Below are positions 51,763 through 64,000 of a DNA stretch of 64,000 nucleotides, piece after piece. The notes under the pieces are model-generated. The model searched no databases. It was not told where the DNA came from and saw only the letters and a list, made by a program, of their open reading frames with translations. The position numbers and the translations under genes were made by a program. Positions within the stretch are counted from its first letter, which is position 1, and each line of letters opens with the position of its first letter. The stretch is from Chrysomallon squamiferum (lineage: Eukaryota > Animalia > Mollusca): assembly GCA_012295275.1 (NCBI GenBank), contig CM022671.1:13578001-13642000 (forward strand). The letters are read 5' to 3'.

Positions 51763-52177
51763 ATGATAAGCTTGGACTTTTCAAAAGAAAAACAAAATTA
51801 AAATAATGCAAAGTGAAATGACGACAGTAAATAAAGTTCAGCAAAAAAAAAAAATCAACCTTAGTTTTACAATATATATATATATATATATTTAGTATGA
51901 CAAAAAAAAAAAAAATAATAATAATAATAATAGATGACTTTGCACTATAAAATTTGCAGTCGTTCAACTTTTCTTTTTTTAGTGGGTTTTTTTTATTATT
52001 AGGGGTAGACACGCCTTCTGGTTATTACATATTTATGCTGGATTTGAAAAACAATAGCAAATACTTGGTTATAGAGTTATCTCCTATGATAACTTGTTCG
52101 GTTAACCAACCGATAACTCTTTGACGCAACGGTTTTAAAAGTTCGCTGGCTTCACTTAGCACATTTAGCTTTACAAA
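50118..52177 (-). pseudogene. Second, diverged copy (B) of the unidentified minus-strand gene
   Basis: An exon from 52177 after a polypyrimidine/CAG reads FVKLNVLSEASELLKPLRQRVIGWLTEQVIIG, homologous to copy A. Further coding-like segments at ~51715-51474 (STEDI...DGSLSIR), 50863-50762 (34 codons, one stop) and 50211-50118; assigning these to the same gene is inference. Confidence 0.5.
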
Positions 52178-52767
52178 CTGCAACAGTCAACGGAAACGAA
52201 AAAGATTAGCAGACTTATCTATCCCTATGTGTTGGCACATCCTTCTTTCAGTTGGATGGCGAATTCGTACGTATATATGATAGATAATGACAATTACTTG
52301 CGATACTATAAATATTATTATTTCCGTTACAATAAAAGAATAGGGAGAAAAAATCAACCATTAAATCGACTTTTTTTATGTAAATATTTATTTTTGAACC
52401 GAAGGATATCAAATACAGAACAAGTGCATTATGTAATATGATAACGATGTATTGGATAAACAAATTTAAAAAAAGAAAAAACAAAAGCCATGCATTTTTT
52501 TGTTTTTATTCTTTTCTTTTGTTATTATTTGTTTAATGAAAGGCAATTGGTATAGCATATATATATTTGTGAATTATTAAATACAGCTGTCAAGATTAGC
52601 AATATGTAATATGTTCAGTAAGGTGGTGAACTAAGGAAAACGGAGTTCATTATATACTCCTGTTCACATACTTATTTAAAAGAATTAGTCAATCAGAAAC
52701 CTTCATAACAGTATGTGCATGGGGTTCACTTGTGTTAAGAAATCTGTTCTGGTCTCTTATAAAGTAA

Positions 52768-52814
<47 letters not shown>

Positions 52815-53045
52815 AAACAAGAAAAAAACGAAAATACTTCATTAAACTGAACATAATAAAGCATCTGGATGTTGGCATTATTTTGTTGACAACATATTTC
52901 AGTAAAATCCTCTAAATAATGAAACAGACATAATGTAAAAATATCCAATAAAAATAGCATAAACAACCCTGGTATAATATTTTAAATTACTCACTATAAT
53001 TTGTAACGATTTCCCAAGCATTGATTTATTAATTAAAGCATCTCG

Positions 53046-54790
53046 CTAAGCCAAATGGAAACAAATTGCAACACTCAACAGAAGAGCGGAAAGAGAGAAA
53101 AGACTAGCAGAGTTATCGATCGTTGCAAACAGTCGAACAGGCCCACCACTTCCATCTTTCAATTTGATGGCGCCTCCATATGCCATTGCTCCATATGACG
53201 GCATCAGGTGAAGATTTGCCACATTCTCGAAAATCACGATCTTATATTGACACAACATGCGATGAACAATAAACGTTTTGCTGATTCCAAGATCGGGGGA
53301 AGGCGTGTCTACGCCAATGGCATAGATATTTCTGTTTGTGACCAACCATTCCACAGCGCTGGCCACCAAGCCTGGATAATGAAATTCCTTTTGAGAACCT
53401 CTGTCTCTGGGGTTAAACATCCGATGCCAGTTCGGATAGCGGTCTGCCCAGCCAAAGATAAAGAATAAAAACGCTTTGTCTGGAATCATGACATTGTTTT
53501 CTTCCCACTGAATCAAGGTTTCGTTAGTGACACCGAAGTCAATATTACTTGCCGCTTCTGCAGAAACATTCACAACAACAGCGGGTCCAACGAGACGACT
53601 TATGGGAATCTCATGGGCCTTCCATGCTGCTCTGCAGAAGTGTCGAGGTGCATCAAAATGAGTCCCAAGGTGTTCGGCGACTCCAAACCAGTTCATTTCA
53701 ACCCTGGAAAAAAAGATTAATGTTATACTACAATCACAATAATTTTTTGTTTCGTTTTAAGTTGATGTAATCTCCTTTGAACTTTTCTTCTTGTTAGTTT
53801 AAACTTGGATTGTAAATTCAATGGTGAAGTATGCTTTATCTAGTTTGGGGTCCGAAACAATATGTAAATTTTACACTTGAAATTAAATTGTTTACAGTCT
53901 GTGTCTATTCACAGTTCTTGGCATTGCTATCTCTTCGTTGATGTTTGCAGCCATATCAGCTGGACCAGCATATCAAACTGAATCCGACATCCAGTTCAGC
54001 TCGAAAACCATTCAGAGCATGAGATGATACACATATATGGACATCAATTTTATTTATTTATTTATTCATTTATTCTTCATGTAATTTTTGTGTATGTGTG
54101 TGTGTGCCTGTGTTTAGGTTGGGTGTGTTTCCGTGAAACTCGGACACCCTTATAAACATCACTGAAATATGTTAATCATAAATCATCAGCATTAAATTGT
54201 TTAACGTATATCTTGTGTCTGTAATATTTATTAATTGATTCTTTAGTTCATTTTATACTATATGTTTAATAATGTTATTAAATAGCTGCAGAATGCAAAT
54301 TTTCACAAACATACTGATTTAGCAATTTGCTTCTAGATTTCGAGGTTATGTTAAAGTTATGTTCATTTCCATAATAAATTTTAATGATTTAAGCCTAATG
54401 TAACAACAGATAATGGTAATATTTAAATATATATCTAGTTAAGGTGAACTTACCTTACATTGCCAGAGATATAATGAATGAATGATATTAGTAAAACGAC
54501 AATAAATACATAAATAAATAAATAAATAAATAAATACAACTGATAAAAATAAAATGAAAAAATTACTAATACTTTTTAATCAGTTTTTACATAATAGACA
54601 CTGTTTTAGTTTCTTACCAAACACCTGGTGCAATTTCGCCTCTTCTGATAATCGTCATGTTGAGTTTCGGATTGCCAGGATAACCTTCAGAACGAGGTCC
54701 AAGGGAATACGTTAGATCTATAACTCGGAGGTCTGCAGTGACCAGGCAGTATATGCAAAGGAAATTCAACAATCCCACAAGCAGTCTCAT
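53046..54790 (-). CDS. Metal-dependent cyclase family (kynurenine formamidase KynB / isatin hydrolase-like), 2 exons, ~276 aa, signal peptide plus probable GPI signal
   Basis: Exons 54790-54618 (MRLLVGLLNFLCIYCLVTADLRVIDLTY...) and 53703-53046, joined in phase 2. Contains HLGTHFDAPRH (HxGTHxDxPxH), YPG, GVDTPSPD, VH..L, ENVANL and GSGGPVR. Hydrophobic C-terminus NSASLFSLSALLLSVAICFHLA. Confidence 0.93.
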
Positions 54791-55218
54791 GTTTGTGAAA
54801 TATTCCTGTCAGATTAATAATAAACACTTTTAATAATGCAAAATTTCAGTCACACACGCACACAAAGACATACATATAAACAATACAGAGAAAACCTGGA
54901 ACAACTTATTCACAAACCTCACAATCACAGAATTTTGATATCGTGTATAAAATATTCGAATAAGCTGGACGCGATCTCTCTAAATGAGATTTAACAGTGT
55001 TATTTATAGACAATAAATCGAATTAGGACACACACACACACACACAGAGGAGAAAGACTGAATTATAATCGTTCTGTGTCACATTGTAAGAATACCTTTC
55101 TAAACATCTGGTAGAGTTTGTGAAAATGCTGAACTTTGTCTCCAGGTGGTTCCCATTATTAGTCACTAACACGACATCTCTGTACTGTTGTAAATCAGAA
55201 CAACAACAGAGATCACAT

Positions 55219-55301
55219 GATTCCATAGTAACCACGTGTAGGCTGAAGCAGATTTGCTTACTGCTCAAACAGCAAAAGAAGCAGCACTGTATCCTAGCAA
55301 C
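55219..55301. promoter_or_regulatory. Two RFX X-box-like motifs upstream of the cyclase gene
   Basis: GATTCCATAGTAAC (55219-55232) and GTATCCTAGCAAC (55289-55301). Motif match only. Confidence 0.3.
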
Positions 55302-56476
55302 TGTAATTATTTATTACATGTCAAAAAACCACAACCAACAACAACAAAAGTCGTGTTTATTTGTTGTTAACAGCCAAGGCAAAGTAATAGTTTATGAATC
55401 TAACATGCCAATATCACATACACGCACACGCACGCGCACACACACACACACACACACACTCGTATACATGCCGATAGATATCTACATATTCGTCCGTTTC
55501 ACACGTACACATTCAGATTTCGTTGCCTCTATAGCTCTAAACAAAGCAGTTTTAAAATGAAAATGGTTTTCAAAATGGTCATTTAAGATCTAATCATACA
55601 ATTAAATTTTAAGAAATAACCTTGAACAATATGTGTTAATAACACATTCCTTCCCCAAAAGTTATATTGCTGGTCAGTGACCGAAAATAGAGTGTAGAAA
55701 TGTTTATAGTCATCACATCTTGCCACTACAAACGGTGACTGCTGAATAAATATGTACAAAAACAGGCTGCGGAAAAGTTTTCGGTGATAAATAAACATAA
55801 ACATTCAACGTTTAGTTCATTACAGTAATAATGTAACGGTTGCAAAATATTTTCCGTGGCGCAAGATACCTAAGCTTTTAATCATCTGTTATAGGATTTC
55901 GTGTGACTTTTCTTTCTTCTTATTGTTTCTTTTCTTATCTATTGTTTTTGTTGTTGTTGTTTTAGTGTTAGTATAATATTATATTTTCCCTTCAGACTAA
56001 AAAGACAGCTGCAGAATATTTTTTGTTTTGAAACAATGGCTAAATTCTTTTATAAAATGGGATGAAATAAATGAATGAATTAGTAAATGATAAACATGTT
56101 CCTACCTTACAAATGAGGTCGCATAACATTATTGTTAGTCGACTACCAGTAAAACCTCTCAGAACAGTAATAAACAAACAGCAATATAAATAAGAGCTTA
56201 TCTCTGTGTGTGTCTATTTAACTGCTTGCCTGTTTAGTTAGATTGTTAGTTATTTTTGAACTTTAAAATGATATTACGGTGAAAATAAAAATCATGAAAT
56301 TCACCGCGTGTATTTTATTTATAACTTTTTTTTTTAATTTTGTAACCAAAGTTTTTTGAAAACACTAAAAACAGTACATATCTATTATAAGACGTGTTTG
56401 TGTGTGTTTGTGTGTGTGTGTGCATTTTTTAATTTCTGTAACCATTTAAATACAGCACTCTATTATAAGACGGGAA

Positions 56477-56521
<45 letters not shown>

Positions 56522-58108
56522 GTAAATTTTAAGGTATTTACTTTTAAAATTCAAAAATAAGTGGCACGTCTTCTAAATTCAATTCTCGTAATATTGCTAC
56601 ATTTTAATAAATTAATATTCTTTATAAATTAGAAATAATTTATTTTATTTAAAACATTTCATGATACATTATTTTTAATACATGCAGAATGCTGTTATTA
56701 ACTGTAAAAATCTTACCTTGGTTTTGTTACAAGCACTAAAACTAGATTTGATTCCTGGTAATCTGAGCGGAAACGTCAGCTAACGAAATGACCTGTTTTG
56801 GTTTAGCCTGTGCTTTTGTTTTGTTCGTATTAATACAAGCAACATGTAACATTAGTAAAGAGCTTGTCAGAGCAGCAGCAAATTCTGGGTTCGGAGTTCG
56901 ATTCTTTTTGTTAAAGCCTAGTGAATGAATATTGTTTTGTAATGTACACTTTTATATAAATTTCACGAATGCTTTTATTAGTATACAGTGCTTATTAGAA
57001 TAATTTTTAAAGGCTATGTATGTATATATATTATGAAAAGTAAGAGAAAAAAATAATATAAATCATTCGATTGATAATTGTACGGATCAAACATATATAT
57101 ATATTACGTGGATTATTTTTCATCCAGGATAATGAAAAAACAACAACGAACGAACCCATTAAGAAACAAATATTAAGAAATATTTTAAACATCATTATCA
57201 GAACGGTTAATAGATATCAAATAAAAGAATTTCAGTGGTTCAATTTATTTTTTATTTTCTTTTCTTTCTTTCTCCATTTATTTAATTTTAATTTATTTTT
57301 AATTTTATTATTATTTTTTTTTTTTTAACTATTATGATATGAAATAAAAGTCATTACCATAGTCTACGGTCTAATCTTTTCTATTAGCAATAAAACATAT
57401 TTCTTGATAAATCGTTGGAATAGGAAAGTAGTAAAGAGAAAGCATCAAGAAGGATCGAGCATTAACTTACATATTTTAATATAATAAGCCAAATAAAGGA
57501 AGAAAGAAAAAAAGGTTAAATAAATAAAGAACGAAAGGAAGAACGGCGAAACGACTGTTAAAGTCATTAGCATTGAACAGTTAATTTTTGGCAGAGTACA
57601 AAATACACAAGCTAAAATAAACAGTTTGATCAGTTTACATTTACTGGCTGTTTCATCTGTTAGGATCTGTTGCTCTTCTATTACGATTAAGAACTCATGT
57701 GAAATTAGCGGCATTCAGAAAATACGATTCATATTAATTTTATGTAATTATTAAAACGTTTCCATTATTTATCTTTGATTTGCTTGATAATTAAAATGTT
57801 TTAATTATATACGTCCAGGTGTACATGAGAGAAACAGATACAAAGCGAGAGAGAGAGACGAAACGATACATAAGTCAAGCAAACACACAGGATAGATGAT
57901 AACACTGCCTATATTACATAATTTGTGGAATAAACGTTAGAAAACAAAATACTCCAAAACAGTTCCATCTACTTGGTTTGATCCTAAAACGGTCATACTT
58001 CAGTGATACCGATAGGCCTACGTTTCGCCAAGACAGTATAAATAACGCCTACACCATACATACCTAAACATCAGAGCTAACTTTGTGTATTTGCCTTAAT
58101 CATGTACT

Positions 58109-58122
58109 GCTGCCATGGAAAC
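58109..58122 (+). promoter_or_regulatory. RFX X-box upstream of POC1
   Basis: GCTGCCATGGAAAC, one mismatch from GTTNCCATGGNAAC, ~820 bp upstream of a centriole/cilia gene. Confidence 0.45.
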
Positions 58123-58182
58123 CAAGTCACTCCAAGAATGTGTATCAACAACAACACTGCACACCATGAGCAGAAATACTTC

Positions 58183-58185
<3 letters not shown>

Positions 58186-58258
<73 letters not shown>
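58186..58258. repeat. (CT)n microsatellite
   Basis: Pure CT run. A compound (CT)n(CA)n run also lies at ~59271-59378. Confidence 0.95.
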
Positions 58259-58260
<2 letters not shown>

Positions 58261-58327
58261 GTTGCAGTGCTTATAGTAAATCTTAATTACCTGAGTCCTT
58301 TGGCATCTTAATTTTCTTCTCCTTTTC

Positions 58328-58376
<49 letters not shown>

Positions 58377-58936
58377 TAAATCGTTTTCTTTCTTTCTTAT
58401 TATTTTCTTCAGTAATTAATTTGTGTAAGTGTAAACGTGTGTGTGTGTTAATTAAAATAATAATTAATATTTGTAATATTGCACTAATGTGTGCGTCTGC
58501 GTGCGTGTGCATGCGTGTATGTGTGTGTTTGTATGCATCTAAGTCAGTAAGAGTGTGATTCACGATACAGTAACAGTAATAGCCAAATAAATGCATTAGC
58601 ATCATCATAATCAAAGGCGACGTTGTTGTTCATGTTATTCTTACATTTCTGTTGATTGTTTTATGAAGAATTAGACATTTGTATAGCATATGAAGTGAAA
58701 TACAGATGCAGCTCAGTTATTACTGTTCAGTAACTATATCGCCTCCGCATTTCAACTATTTATACTGTCGCAGACACATTAAAATCCGAGTTTTTGAATC
58801 TCAGTGAACTTCCGTCATGCGTATCAACAATGATAGCGGCAGTATTCGAAAGTAGCTATGCATGATCAGACTTGACAGATAAATTTGTGTTTGTTTTCAC
58901 AGTCAAACAGAAAGAAACTGGAAATTGAAACAAAAG

Positions 58937-64000
<5,064 letters not shown>

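Noticed and set aside
55120-55560. 146-aa ORF upstream of the cyclase gene
   Set aside because: Low complexity, runs through a (CA)n/(CACG)n microsatellite, and has no splice or homology support.
56880-56910. tRNA B-box-like GAGTTCGATTC
   Set aside because: No cloverleaf or A-box; at most a SINE scrap.

Overview
AT-rich animal genomic DNA with GT-AG introns and many microsatellites; probably a lophotrochozoan such as a mollusc (inference). Most short ORFs in the track are noise, so gene models were rebuilt by hand from splice sites and protein similarity recalled from memory. In order: (1) two tandem intronless GPR61/62-like orphan GPCRs (-). (2) A six-exon SUV39H H3K9 methyltransferase (+) with a CDE/CHR-like promoter and an unusually long SP-rich loop between SET and post-SET. 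(3) A 5-kb, 12-unit satellite with higher-order structure just downstream of SUV39H. (4) An intronless LAS1-like HEPN nuclease (+). (5) A 13-exon uncharacterised FHA-like/ARM-like gene (+), with a single +1 frameshift at an A8 run and a decayed pogo/Tigger transposon in intron 9. (6) Several MITEs. (7) A ~12-kb decayed block (40.6-52.2 kb) holding an unprocessed DDX52 pseudogene head-to-head with an unidentified pseudogene, a second diverged copy of that gene, and a copy of the SUV39H upstream region. (8) A secreted, probably GPI-anchored kynurenine formamidase/cyclase-family gene (-). (9) POC1 (+), running off the window end. The best candidate for a new system is the satellite next to the H3K9 methyltransferase gene, as a possible heterochromatin feedback sensor; that role is a hypothesis only.
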